A stretch of DNA of 64,000 nucleotides from Octopus vulgaris. Its lineage: Eukaryota. How positions within the stretch are numbered: position 1 is the stretch's first letter; every line of letters begins with the position of its first letter. Made by a program: the position numbers and the translations under genes. Shown one piece after another: positions 15,539-29,885 of the stretch. The notes beneath the pieces were generated by a model. That model worked only from the letters and a program-made list of their open reading frames with translations. It was not told the origin of the DNA and did not search any database. The stretch is taken from contig OX597817.1 in assembly GCA_951406725.2 (NCBI GenBank), positions 23,870,001 through 23,934,000 on the forward strand, in the 5' to 3' direction.

Positions 15539-15812
15539 TGTATGTATGTATGTATGTATGTATGGGGGCGGCGTTTCAAGAGGCTCATTTAGTTGATTAA
15601 TGTAAACATTACATCGATTCGAAAGAATCCGTTCTCGTCAGATGACGACGTACACTTCGAAAATAAAGGATAAACCATTTTTTAAACATATTTACATCAA
15701 TATTGGAACCCAAAATATTTACATTGTTTCCTTTTGTTATATCTGTGGCAGAACGAGTTTAGAAAATAAAGCATAAGTTGTAAGCCTGCTGTAATTTAGA
15801 GAATAGCAGAGG

Positions 15813-15870
<58 letters not shown>

Positions 15871-16022
15871 ATCACGTGACCGACCAGACCATCAGATGTT
15901 GTTACACATCACTGGCCATAATGCGTTCGCATTGTTTTAGCCTTCGAATGACGCCACCCCGCTGGCTAAGTGAGCAGGCCAATATATATATTTATATGTG
16001 TGTGTGTGTGTGCGTGCGTATG

Positions 16023-16084
<62 letters not shown>

Positions 16085-17388
16085 ATATTATATATATGCA
16101 CACATATATGTATGCGTACAGATACATGCATATATACATATATAAAAGATACATCGGCTAGTTGAGAATAAAACTATAAAGCTTTTAAGAAACATATGTA
16201 GCCCAAACTTTGACTATTTTCTTTTCTCACAAACTTAACATGGAACCTTTGAACCTAACGCAGACGATGAAAAGGCTTGCCTTTCTCGTCGCCTTAACTG
16301 TTAACCCCAGTGGTTCTCCACTTGAAACCTTAAGTGTCACCAGTTCAACCGTATTTAAAATCAGAAAAAGCTTTGGGCTTCGAGTGGGGATGTGTCTCCT
16401 GTAGCCATAAGAAGAAAAATGCATTTTCGGCGCTCAGATATTGTCATGAAAGTCAAGTTCGTCCATGAAGCCCGGGGCAGCATCAACGGGAATCTTGGCT
16501 AATCAATAAGAGGCAATACAAATTATCTCTATGTGTCGGAGTCATGGATAAGATGTGTAGTTCAAGGAGGCTTCAGAAACAATTCCAATGGTATGACGAG
16601 AGGTTTATTCATATCTGATAAAACCCGGATCAGAAGAATCTTGTGATACTCGCGGAAGTGCTTGCTGAACAAACTCGAGCACTCTCAGGAGCCCGACATG
16701 TTCTGGCTCGTGAAGAACGACAGCTGAACCTGCGTCGTCCACATTGATGTCTTCACTGTTATACACATCTAGTTCCCATCGCCTGTGATGGCACCAGAGG
16801 TTGTTGGCAATGAGACTGTGCCACACCTCCTCACTTTTTGCCGAGAAAATGGAGACGGTTTTCAAGCCCTTGATCAAGAGATTTATTCGTGTAAGGCCGA
16901 ACATGTTCCAGAAAAATCTACTTCCTCTTCACACAGCAGGTACGATCCGGAAATGAATGGCCGAACATTTTTATGATCATGTTACCCCTAACATTTGGAC
17001 TCCTAGCTCTCCGAGCACTATAGCTCGGGAGTTTTTTGAGAGGCAGGACCAACAAGCGTAACCACAATACCAAGGACTCGTAGATGTTTGCTACTGAGTA
17101 TGGTATGGCCAGTATGAATACAAATGACCTCATTAACGAATTTAGTCATGTCCGAAGCGGTATCGAGGCTGTAATGGAGATTGATAGCGGTTTTATCGAA
17201 TAAAAATTTTGTAATGTGTATGTAAGAATGTGTATACCAAATTCTATAAAAGTATATTGCTTTTTCTAATAAATATTTTTGTTTCCTTAAATTAACTTTT
17301 GTTCCCAAATAGCAGACACACCTTCTATAGATATGCATATATCTACATGTTGTATGTCTATATTATTATATATCTATTTATGTATGCA

Positions 17389-17608
17389 TGGCAGAAACGT
17401 CAGCGCGCCGGGCGAAATGCTTATCGGTATTTCGTCTGCCGCTACGTTCTGAGTTCAAATTCTGCTGGGTCGACTTTGCATTTCATCCTTTCGGGGTCGA
17501 TAAATAAAGTACTAGTTACGCACTGGAGTCGATGTAATCTACTTAATCCCTTAGTCTGTCTTTGTCTGTCCCCTCTATGTTTAGCCTCATGTGGGCAATA
17601 AAGAAATA
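17389..17608 (+). mobile_element. SINE family B
   Basis: tggcagaaacgtcagcgcgccgggcgaaatgc head plus family B body. Confidence 0.9.
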
Positions 17609-18115
17609 TATATATGTATGCATAACATTTTAAAAGCCCTATTCAGTGAGTTCTATGCACTAAACTCCGCTGCAAACCCTTTCATAACCCAGATAATGAG
17701 AATAACTGTGCGGAGTCATTTGGACTTCTGAATATAACAACCAATCTTCAATCAAGTCACACCCCGCAGTGTTAAAATCTAAGAAGACGTTGGAGACAGT
17801 AAACCCAAATGGACAAGAGTGGATGCTTGCGGCTGGAAAGTCTTTCATCATATGCCTGATCAATCAGAGTCGACCTGGGGTTATAGTAATATAACATGAC
17901 ATACAATAATCTCAGAAATATTCCTATGAATTCAGACTGTCAAGTTACTATATTTCATCTAATCTTAATTCACAATAACTTTTACATCAACAATAATAAC
18001 AACAACAACAACAACAAAGCCAATAGAAGTTGTTTTTGTATGATCATCATAAAATGTCTGAAAAGTAAATTGCAGCACGAAAAAGTTTCCATGGATCATC
18101 GACAATTGTGAGCAT

Positions 18116-18116
<1 letters not shown>

Positions 18117-18206
<90 letters not shown>

Positions 18207-18368
18207 AGTGTGTATGAGAGTGTCAGCGTGAGAGAAAAGAAAGAAAGAAAGAAAGAAAGAAAGGAAGGAAGGAAAGAAGGAAGAAAGAAAGAATGAAAGA
18301 AAGACAGAAAGAAAGGAAGAAAGAAAAAAGAAAGAAAGAAAAAAGAAAGAAAGAAAGAAAGAAAGAAA

Positions 18369-18424
<56 letters not shown>

Positions 18425-18796
18425 AATGCTGTCATGGATATACAAATTTACTTTCTGGTGAATATACTTATGTGGACACGGCTACACATGCGTTTGTGCA
18501 GCTGAGCCTATGTAAATATACTAAATGAATATATGTGCGTTATGTGCATACATAATGATTGTACGCGCATACATATTATATACACATACACATACACACA
18601 CACATGTGCATCATACATACATAATACATTTATGCAAACACCCCAACATACAATCATACATGCATACATGTAAATGAAGCAAGCTGAGATAAGTATATAG
18701 AGAGATAAATAGATGTATTGATAGATCGTTCGATCTATAGACAGACAGATAGAGAGGCAGGCAGACAGGCAAATAGATAGGGAAGGAGTGTGTGTG

Positions 18797-18830
<34 letters not shown>

Positions 18831-18911
18831 GATTAGGTAGATAGATACATAGATAGATAGAGAGAGAGAGAGAGATTAGATTAGATTAGATTACGTTAGA
18901 TTAGATTAGAT

Positions 18912-18953
<42 letters not shown>

Positions 18954-19144
18954 CATACATACATACATACATACATAGAAGAGTAGATAGATTAGATAGA
19001 TAAATAGATAGAAAGATAGATTGGTAAATAGATAGATACATACATACATACATACATACATACATACATACATACATAGAAGAGTAGATAGATTAGATAG
19101 ATAAATAGACAGAAAGATAGATCGGTAGATATATATATATATAT

Positions 19145-19208
<64 letters not shown>

Positions 19209-19277
19209 GTTTCTTTATTGGCCACACAGGGCTGCACACAAATGGAAGATGTTACAAAGATAGATTGGTAGATATAT

Positions 19278-19347
<70 letters not shown>

Positions 19348-19355
19348 GATAGATA
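18117..19355. repeat. Compound microsatellite block (TG)n, (GAAA)n, (GA)n, (TTAGA)n, (TAGA)n, (TACA)n
   Basis: Directly visible. Confidence 0.95.
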
Positions 19356-21068
19356 AGTAATAAAATATGTGTATGTTTATGTATACAGAGTATTGCAGCG
19401 TGTATGAATATATTTTTGATTTATTTTGTTTTGTTCTTGTTGTTGTTTTTGCATGGCAGTGTGTCAATATGGACGTCTCACTATTCGATTGTGCTGAAAT
19501 ATATATGTGTGTCAGAGATATTTAAGCCATCCTAATTTTCATTTCGCCACAACATTAAGGTCCACTAACACACCAACCACAACAATCTCCTCCTGACTCC
19601 TACCAGCACTACTACGATATATTAATCAATGGAATTCTTCCTACCACCACCGCAACTACCACGACCACCACTATCAGCACCATCACCATCACTATCACCA
19701 TAGCTATAATCTCGCCACGAAACCCACCCTTACCTCCAATAAGCCATTACTACTGCAACCACACAAGACAGATAAACACGTTGTCAATCTAGAATCGTTT
19801 CCGCTCCGTTGCTTTCCCAACTTATATCAACATTAATCGAACTCGTTTCTTAGCTTCTCGTAAAATATCCTGATGTTGTTGTTGTTGTTGTTGTCGCTAC
19901 TGCTGTTGTAGTAGTAGTAGCAGTAGTAGTTTTTGTTGTTTTTGTTGTTGTTGATGTAGCTGTTGTAGTTGTAGTTGTAATAATTGTTTTTCTTCTCCTT
20001 ACTGATGATGTATTTTTTATTATTATTATTATTATTTCTGCTGCTGCTGTTGTTGTTCTTCCTAGGTTGTTTTTTTTTTCCTTCATTTTCTTGAATCTTT
20101 TGCTGGTGTGTATATATTGTTGTTGCTGTTGCTAGTTATGTCATTTGGCTTTCGTTGAGGCTGTCGTCGTCGTCGTCGTCGTCGTATTCGTGATGGCCGT
20201 TATTGTTGGTCTTACCGATGATGATGATGATGATGATGATGTTGTTCTTGTTCTTGTTGTTGTTTTTGTCAATGTTGTTAATCGTATTGTTATGTTTGCT
20301 TCTCTTTCTGTTCACAATGTTGCAGCAATTGTTATTGCCAGTACAGCAAACAAGTTTTATAGAATAAATGTTATGTATTTGAAATTTTGAGTTTGTGACA
20401 GATTTCAGATATTTTATCGTATTTTTGTTTCCTTTCTTTTCTCTTCTCTTCTCTTCTCTTCTCTTCTCTCCTCTCCTTTTCTTTTCCTCAATGTAGTTTT
20501 ATGTAATGCAGTGTAGCAGAGTAAAACGCATAGATGAGATGTATACAATAGGTGTGTATAAAACCCAGGAGTGCCTAAGCAAACGTCGCACGAGAACAGA
20601 CGGTTTCGAGGAGCAGAGGCCATTATAATATATATATAAAAAAAAAGTCGGGAGAGAGTGGCGGGAGACAACATGACAATGTGTCTATGAGTGACTTTAT
20701 GCCATTCAGTGGACTGGTCTTTCTCGGAATGTGGTCTGTGATCAATGTTTGTGTCATTAGAACAGCGGTAAAATACAAGGATATTTTTACTCTGTTAATT
20801 CAAGTCTGCAAAATCATAAATGTTGCATCTCTTCGCATCGCAAGCAATAAACTTAGTAACACTGATATGTCACTTTCGATTTAGTGACGTCACCCTTCGC
20901 TTTACAGACTGTACATCGCTATGCGAGTTGAAAATGTCAATATTAATAAGTTTACCCTTTAATTAGAGATTAATATATGCTTCAGATTTTCAAACAAAAT
21001 TTTACAAAATTTCTTTTGGCACTAAATTAATGCTACTGCTATCGACAGTATTGCCAGCAGGGGTGGTA

Positions 21069-21110
<42 letters not shown>

Positions 21111-21531
21111 CTTGAAAATAAAGTACAAAGAAAAGAACAACGGAAGATTTTTTTCATTTCACTCTTTCGCTTTCTCTGTCTCTCCCTTTCAATATCTCTC
21201 TCTCTTTCACTCATTCAATCACTTTTTCTCTCTCTTTCCTTTTCTCTCTCACACACTCTCGCTCTCCCTCCCTCTCATTTTCTCTCTCTCTCTCTCTCTC
21301 TCGTTCTCTCTCTCAAAATATGTATGTGAGTGCCATTTACATACATAAATAGGTTAGCCACCTGCCGTCAATCATTAAGACTTTTGTGCCTGGAGCAAGT
21401 TGCAATGTTTCAGACCGATTCTGGGAGATAGATTTTTTCAATAATATAGCACTCGATTTTAATTATTCTCTAGCTAGAAACGGTTCCGGTTGAAAGCTCG
21501 TTTATAAGTTATATTTAAGAAAGGTCATTAT

Positions 21532-21861
21532 GCTAATAATAATAAACACACGCACTGGTTAATTTTCACTCCTTTATTGTTAGTCCACTGATTAGTTACA
21601 TAGCCAACTAACTAATCGATCGCTTGTTTAATTTGTTGTTTAAAAAATCGATCATTTGTTTGTCGAAGTCCTTTCATTGTAAATTGTGTCATCATCCGTG
21701 GAGGAGAGAAGGGATGTCATTGATGAGCTCTCGGATAGCGATAAAAACACAAATTAAACAAACGATCGATTACTTAGTTCATTGTGAAAGTAACCAATTA
21801 ACTAAAAATAATGGAGAGAAATAGAACCAGTGGGTGTATGTTTTTTTATTATTATTGGAGC
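21532..21861. mobile_element. MITE-like foldback element with ~110-bp imperfect inverted arms
   Basis: aataataataaacacacgcactggtt...aactaactaatcgatcgcttgtttaatttgt versus acaaattaaacaaacgatcgattacttagtt...aaccagtgggtgtatgttt..attattatt. Confidence 0.65.
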
Positions 21862-22208
21862 GATAACTTACCTTAGATACACCAAAATCTGTTTTAACCC
21901 ATGAGTTCACGTCAAGAATATTGCAAACCAAATATAAACACGAAACTCATTAATATGGATAAAACTTCACCCACCACATCGCAGACTGGAACCAAGAAGT
22001 CTGAATAATCTAGTTTAATCCACTAAATATTCAAGGAGTTACAACGAACTTAGTCTTGGATTTCTTAGCTCAAATAAGACATCATTATCCTCATACGCAC
22101 AAATAGCATGAGATCTTCAACTCACAGCGATGAGATCAGACAGTTCTATGTAGAACAAGATAGCTTCTCAAATCACTAAAATTATTGTTCAGACGTTGAC
22201 AACCTATA

Positions 22209-22371
22209 GGCGTAGGACTGGCTGTGTGGTAAGTAGCTTGCTTACCAACTACATGGTTTCAGGTTCAGTTCCACTAAGTGGCACCTTGGGCAAGTGTCTT
22301 CTACTATAGCCTCGGGCCAACCAAAGCCTTGCGAGTGGATTTGGTAGACGGAAACTGAAAGAAGCCCGCCG

Positions 22372-22433
<62 letters not shown>

Positions 22434-22633
22434 TGTTTGTCCCTGCAACATCGCTTGACAACCGATGATCGTGTGTTTACGTCTCCGTAACTTAGCGGTT
22501 CGACAAAAGAGACCGATAGAATAAGTATTAGGCTTTCAAAGAATAAATCCTGGGTGCGATTTGCTCGACTAAAGGTGGTGCTCCAGCATGGCCACAGTCA
22601 AATGACTGAAACAAGTAAAAGAATAAAAGAATA
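22209..22633 (+). mobile_element. SINE family A
   Basis: Full-length match to the 3668 copy. Confidence 0.9.
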
Positions 22634-22946
22634 AGAGAAACCGTTAGATGCCTGTTTGACTAATTTCCAAATTTTCGAACACCGAAGGTTTACATTTCGG
22701 AAAAATCTGTTTCGACCAGCTGCAGCCAGCCTCACAAAGTAATTATACCGGACAGCGATATTCTCAGATTGCATTGATTACCCTTATACCATATTAGCAC
22801 ATTAGCTCTGCAATCAGCAAGAAAATCTATCATGTGACTAACATTACCAAAGCTTTATCCAATGAAAAATTGTCCAACTAATCACCGCTGTAGACATGAG
22901 TATATTTGCGTCAGTGCGTTTGCTTGTCTATATTTGAACAAGTTAA

Positions 22947-23163
22947 GGCGGCGAGCTGGCAGAAACGTTAGCACGCCGGGCGAAATGCTCATCAGTATTT
23001 CGTCTGTCGCTACGTTCTGAGTTCAATTTCCGCCGAGGTCGACTTTGCCTTTCATCCTTTCGGGGTCGATAAATAAAGTACCAGTTACGCCCTGGGGTCG
23101 ATGTAATCGACATAATCCGTTTGTTCCCTCTGTGTTTAGCCCCTTGTGGACAGTAGTGAAATA
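22947..23163 (+). mobile_element. SINE family B, full length with 16-bp TSD
   Basis: Starts ggcggcgagctggcagaaacgttagc; flanked by tatatttgaacaagtt at 22929-22944 and 23164-23179. Confidence 0.92.
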
Positions 23164-23316
23164 TATATTTGAACAAGTTTGTAAGCACCAAAAGTTCAAA
23201 ATTGTAATTGATTTTTTGGAAGTAAAAATAACACTTGTCTTACTCGTAATAACAGCTAAATGCTTTTCGAATAATACCTCTCCTCAGGCAAGGTAACCTT
23301 AGATAATATTTTCCTC

Positions 23317-23743
23317 TACTCTTTACTCTCTTTTACTCTTTTACTAGTTTCAGTCATTTGACTGCGGCCATGATGGAGCACCGCCTTTAGTCGAGCAAAT
23401 TGAATCGACCCCGGGACTTATTCTTTGTAAGCCCAGTACTTATTCTATTGGTCTCTTTTGCCGAACCGCTAAGTTACGGGGACGTAAACACACCAGCATC
23501 GGTTGTTAAGCAATGCTAGAGGGACAAACACAGACACACAAACATATACATACACATACATACATATATATACATATATACGACAGGCTTCTTTCAGTTT
23601 CCGTCTACCAAATCCACTCACAGGGCATTGGTTGGCCCGAGGCTATAGCAGAAGACACTTGCCCAAGATGCCACACAGTGGGACTGAACCCAGAACCATG
23701 TGGTTTGTAGGCAAGCTACTTACCACACAGCGACTCCTGCGCC
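23317..23743 (-). mobile_element. SINE family A
   Basis: Reverse complement of family A with (tactctt)n tail. Confidence 0.9.
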
Positions 23744-24221
23744 TCTATACATTATATCTGAAAAGCTAGTGTGGCAGTTCAGGACTGCAGCGATTTTAAG
23801 TCGTCTTTTCAATAAAGATTGACTTCGAATGAGATTGCAACAACAATAGCAACAATAATAACAACGTGATTCTTACCGTTAGAATTTGAACACTGTAGTT
23901 CTTCGTAGGTAGGAAATCGTAATTTTCTAGTGAAATATTAACCTAACTATGCATACCTATACTGATGTTCCATTTAGATATTGTGGTCGCCACAGATGTA
24001 TACGCACGCGCGTTCATACTCATGCAGATGATACACTACATATATGTGTGTGTATGTATATTTTTATGTTTATGTATAGACATATATATTTTTATATATA
24101 TTTATGTATGTATGCATGTATGTGTCTATGTATGTATGTATGTATATATATATATATAACTTACTTGGTCACCTTTGTGTTTTACTGTTTTGTTCTTACT
24201 GTCCTGTTCTTGTTACCACTT

Positions 24222-24350
24222 TTCCCCTCCGCAAAATATCACAAATTTTATTTGATTTGCCTTGCGGGAAGGATTGTCTCAATGAAGTCGCGTTTTGTCC
24301 TTACCTTCGAACGCGGAGTAGATGACACTGGGACAACTGAAGAAGGGGAA
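24222..24350 (+). ncRNA. Permuted hammerhead-like motif, copy 1 (GAAA reduced to GAA)
   Basis: gaagg...cgcg-UU-ttgtcc...ccttc-GAA-cgcg...ggacaa-CUGAAGA-aggggaa; closing stem ttcccct/aggggaa; hairpin ccgcaa/ttgcgg. Confidence 0.6.
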
Positions 24351-26575
24351 TATTCCTTGTGTTGTATGTCTTGTACTCTTTTGTTGTTTTTTTTTCATTG
24401 TTTGAAAACAAAAGTTCGTTTGTATGTCTTTGTTTTTATGTGTTCGTTTCTCATTGTGTTCCACGTCTTTTTATGTCCTGTACCCATATATGCATGTATA
24501 TATACATATATATGTAGGTATGTATGTATATATACATATTCATATGTATATATATATACATATACATATATATATATATATGTATGTATGTATGTATATA
24601 TATATACATATATATCTATATATATACATATATCACACGATTTTTCGGTTAGTTGTCCTCTTCCAATCTAAGTTTTATACTTTGTAGAAGCAGACCCCCC
24701 ATTGATAATGGGTGAAGTTTGAATTTCATATTTTTATTTATCTTTTGTTACCGACACATTTGCCACAGTTTATGACTACTGCGTCATTTTTCCATTTATT
24801 TTTATTTTTTATGCACAGATTTCAAATTTATATAATACGCTAGATCTATAATTATAAGTATTTATGAGTTTGTTACATGAAGTTTTACCAAACGAGTTTG
24901 TTCCAAACAGTTCTACCTATCTTCGTATAGATTTTCACGTTTGATTTTTTTTGTTTATTTATTTCCTTTTTTTTTTTGTTTCTTTTGCTTTTGTCTGTGA
25001 CTACCAATACGCTTGAAAATGGTTTTATTGCACATCCATGTTGTGCTGGTATATATGCATTTGTCTATGAAACTGAAGGTGCACGTATAGATTTATATTT
25101 ATTACTGTATTGCTACACGAGTGCCACAGCCTCAGTGTGAGTGTCATGTCTGCTTTTATAAACATGTCTATATTTGTGTACGTATTTGCGACTGACTCTA
25201 TATGCATGTTAGTGGATATTCTGAATTGATTTATATGTAATTATATCAGTACATATTTCGTTGGTTGGTTGGTTGGTTGGTTGGTAAGTTGGTCGTTTGG
25301 TCAGTGGTTTGATTTCATATATTTATATACGAAGGTCTATAACTCTGATTGTTACCGACCGGCTTTAAAATCGCAGAGCATTCATTCTTGTATACTTACG
25401 TAGCTCGTTACCTTCGCATGTATGCGTGTGCGTATGTATGTATGTATGTATGTATGTATTGGATTGTATTCGTATACGTGTGTTTTCCAAGTAGAAGCAA
25501 TACATGCTCATTCGCGTATTATCTGTGTATGTGCAGAGCTGCATTTGCTTACGGGTGTGTTCGTGTTCATTTACGCGTATATGACTTAGTGTGTGCAAAC
25601 GTAACGGCCATAATGTGAAAGGTTGAGAAGCTATAAATTTTTATAACTAGCTATTAAATATTTCACCACGACAAGATCAAAAGCTTCACAACAAACAGAT
25701 GCCCCGCCCTTCAACATCTGTAAAAGCCAGTGAAGTGGACCCAACAAATGACGTCGGCTTGTTATTAAGATGACAAAACTAAGGGGACATTTTATAGCAG
25801 TCGACCTCAAAGTCGGGGGTTTCTATTAAATCGTTTGTTCACTGGTTCTGTTAGTTTCCTTCACCAGTTCTATTCTCTTATATTCTCTCTTATAAGTAAG
25901 CTGTTCTCTCAGAGACTGCTGCGCATACGTATCTGCTTGTTTCGCGTACTTTCAGACTTCCTCTGCGCGTAAGTATATGTGCGTGTATGTATATACATGT
26001 GCATGTGTGTGATAGGCTTCTATGTGTGTGGTAATCTTGTGTGTGTATGTGTATGTGTGTGTGTGCGCGCACATACGTGCACGTGTGCATGTTTGTGATT
26101 GTACAGGTGTGTGTGTGTGTGCACTCATTTGTATTCTGATACGAGTCTGCTTACGCGTACGTATGTGAAAAAGAAAGAAGCAAACAAACAAACAAAGAAC
26201 GTGTTTCTGTTCGTTTGTAATATGCCTGCTGCACTTCATGTGCGTGTTTGAGAATTCTTGCTGTGCTGGAAGATTATGCGCGTGGGGGGTCATGCGTGGG
26301 TGGGTGCGGGGGAGAAAAGCATGCGTATTTCTGTGGATGTATTAGTACTTGTATTTGTGAGTTACTTTATGCATGCGTTTGTGCGTTTGTTTTGTGTGTG
26401 TATGTGTGTGTGCGTGCATGTGTGTAGGCGTGTGTGTTTGTGTGCTTGTGGGAGCGTATTTTGCTGTCTGTGAAGATGTTGACATCTTCAGAGGCATGCA
26501 TACACCTATTTCTTACAAATTTTCATATATTTTAAATGTGAATATATTTCTTTTGTTCTATCCTTCTTCTAAAAA

Positions 26576-26784
26576 TTGGTTTCAAACTTTTGGCACAAGA
26601 CCAAAATTTTCGGGAGTGTGGGTAAATCGATGACATCGTCCCTGGTGCTCAACTGGTATTTATTTTATCGACTCCGAAAGTATGAAAATCAACCTCGGCG
26701 CTATTTGAACTCAGAACGTAGAGTCGGACGAAATGCTGCTAAGCATTTTGTCCGGCATGCTAGCGACTCCGCCAGCTCGCCGCC
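26576..26784 (-). mobile_element. SINE family B-related, diverged, alternative tail
   Basis: gccagctcgccgcc head end and aactggtatttattttatcgac body. Confidence 0.75.
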
Positions 26785-27582
26785 CTATGTATTGGTTTCA
26801 AATTTTGGCATATGACCAGCCTCAACCCTTATAAGTTTCACCAATTCTCCAGAAATTTGGCCTCCCTTATTCCTCTCTAGTCCAACCCCACCACACGCAA
26901 TTTAACTGCGTTCCCATACACACACATACATGTGTACATATGTGCTTATGTACGCTTGTATAGACATGTATATGTCTATATGTGTACGTATAAATGTGTG
27001 TGTGTTTGTGTATCTATGCGCGTTTCGTGGGATGTACATACATATCCTTTCAGGGCATCACCAAGGCTTACAATTTAATACTAATATTTTTCATTACTAC
27101 TTACAACAATCACTTTTGGCTGTTTTATCGTGATCATTGTAAGGTTATTATAACTGATATTAATAGCTTTCAAATCTTTGGATTTTCAGTTTCCCCTATT
27201 TTTCAGTGCTTGGCCATTAACAGTATTTCACGAAGAATAACCCTTTCTTCATCTAAAATACTTTCCGCTTAAAATTTCCTCCCATCCTTTTACTAGCATT
27301 GTGAGAAGCTAGAGGCTATGCACTTCCAGCGCTTGCGAAGCTTTGTGCCATCAAGTCGAAAGTGACGCCAATATTTTCTACTGCAATATTTTACGTGAAG
27401 CCGAAGATAACATTCTGACCAGATATATGCCATTAATTAACAGTATATATTGACGATAAAAAATATACCCACTCTATTTCTCATATTTGGTGTTTTTCTT
27501 CCTGACATATGGACAACCGACAGTTTGTATGTGTGTGTAGCATGTATATATAGACCAGCACATGCATATATACGTGTACATA

Positions 27583-27621
<39 letters not shown>

Positions 27622-28782
27622 CTTGTTGAGCCATTTTTTGAGTTTTACTTTACTGAAGGTAAGTTGACAGAGACTCTGCTGAGTTAATCAGAGTTTTATT
27701 ATCACAAAGTTAATGTCGCTAAGTTCTTAATATTAAACAACTCAAAGAACAAATGTTACATTTCAACCCTGTTAACTCTTAACTGCGTGACCGACTTTTA
27801 TATGTAAACAGGCCACATATATATTTATTCTTGTCTACTGACATGAAGAATGGTTGCATATAAAGTACATTCTATCGAAGGAAATCATTGTAATCGCCAT
27901 ATTTTCTTTAATGCATAGTGCAGAGAGTCTCACTAGATACGATATCGCAGCCCAGAAAACTTAATTATTTACAAATGATTATCCGATGAGGCCATTTATT
28001 TCGATCAGGATGAGTAGAAAATGCTGGTATTATTTTAATACTGGAATTTTCTGAATATTGCGAGCGGTATGAAAATTCGCACTGTACATGTTTCGTAAAA
28101 AGAATTCATAGAGATGAACCTAACAACGAAAGTTTTTTCTAACATACTGGAAAGACATAAAACAAGCAGTTAACAATGGCTTCACTTCACCAAAAATGTA
28201 TTATGAACCACACATACAAACACACACAAACAACACAAACATACACACACACACACATAAACATGCACACAGACTCATTTTCTTTAAACCTTTAAATTAA
28301 CAAAATATATAGATTGACGAATTTAAATATCTAACACAAGCAAGTGAATCAACGTCACAGAAACAAAATGTTACACTTCCATACATAACATTCAACGTAA
28401 AGGAACAAACGTAAACTGTTATTAAATGCTTTAACTTTCATCACCCTGGTGTCAGTATAAATCGAAACTGAAACGAAATTGTATTGGTGCCTTGTAGTCA
28501 GAGTTGACGTTCTTTGCGTTCCCTCTTCAAATCCCAAGACACCTTCATGACTGGCAAAAGTAACCCGCTGCTTGAATTAATATCAACATCTGATCCTTCA
28601 GGGATCACAGCGAAGACCATTCTTTTGCAAGAATTCTCTCCAAGTCTCAAATTTTTGATAGCTTTCCTCCCCCCACCTGTTGCCGATTATGAATGCCCTG
28701 TAATAGAACCGTATCACTGCCGTGGTTCCTGAGTAGCAGATGAACATTTTTGGTGAGTGTTTAAATTCATTTGACTGTTTAA

Positions 28783-28846
<64 letters not shown>

Positions 28847-28848
<2 letters not shown>

Positions 28849-29052
28849 GACGGGCTTCTTTCAGTTTCTGTCTACTAAATCCACTTGCTCGAGGTGCCAC
28901 ACAGTGGGACTGAACCCGGAACCATGTGGTTGGTAAGCAAGTTACTTACCACACAGCAACTCCTGCGCCTATATACACATATTTTTTATTTATTTATATA
29001 CATAGATATATATTGGGATATGCCTATATGTATATATACGCATATATACATA

Positions 29053-29107
<55 letters not shown>

Positions 29108-29483
29108 TCTTTTACTCTTTTACTTGTTTCAGTCATTTGACTGTGGCCATGCTGGAGCACCGCCTTTAGTCGAGCAAATCAACCCCAGGAATTATTCCTT
29201 GTAAGCATAGTACTTATTCTATCGGTTATTTTGCCGAACCGCTAAGTAACGGAGACATAAACATACCAGCATCGGTTGTCAAGTGATGTGGGGGACAAAC
29301 ACAAACACAAAAGCATATACACACACATATATATACCACGGGCTTCTTTCAGTTTCCACTCACAAGGCTTTGGTCGCCCCGAGACTATAGAAGAAGACAC
29401 TCGGCCAAGGTGCCACGCAGTGGGACTGAACCCGGAACCATGTGGTTCGTAAGCAAGCTACTTACCACACAGCCACACCTATG

Positions 29484-29485
<2 letters not shown>
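28847..29485 (-). mobile_element. Two SINE family A copies (28847-28969 partial; 29105-29485 with internal deletion)
   Basis: Reverse-complement matches to the family A head and body. Confidence 0.88.
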
Positions 29486-29527
<42 letters not shown>

Positions 29528-29795
29528 TGTGTGTGTGTGTGTGAGTGCTCTTTAGAATGTATCGACCTGTTTACCCTATTTTGTATCACTGCCCAGTGGT
29601 GCTTTTTCTTGCTTTTAATGGAGCTCATGTGTTGTAACCATTCGGTTTAGAGATAGCTTCATCTCTTCCTCCAACAATGAATTCTCTGTGAAGGATTCTG
29701 ACCAATTTCTTCTCTTCTGTTTCAAAGAAGTATACACATGCAAACATATATGTGAACCAATATCTGTATATATGAATTTATATGTAGCTACCTAG

Positions 29796-29885
<90 letters not shown>

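Noticed and set aside
16230-17180. GC-richer segment with an ETVPHLLTFC motif, like a non-LTR zinc knuckle
   Set aside because: Probably a LINE relic, but one short motif is too little to assign a family or boundaries.
23949-24671. Longest ORF (240 aa)
   Set aside because: Mostly microsatellite and T-rich repeat tail; the central part is better explained as a structured RNA motif.
28420-28740. Possible RTE RT piece (QKFETWREFLQKNGLR)
   Set aside because: No neighbouring YADD-type motif recognised; too weak.
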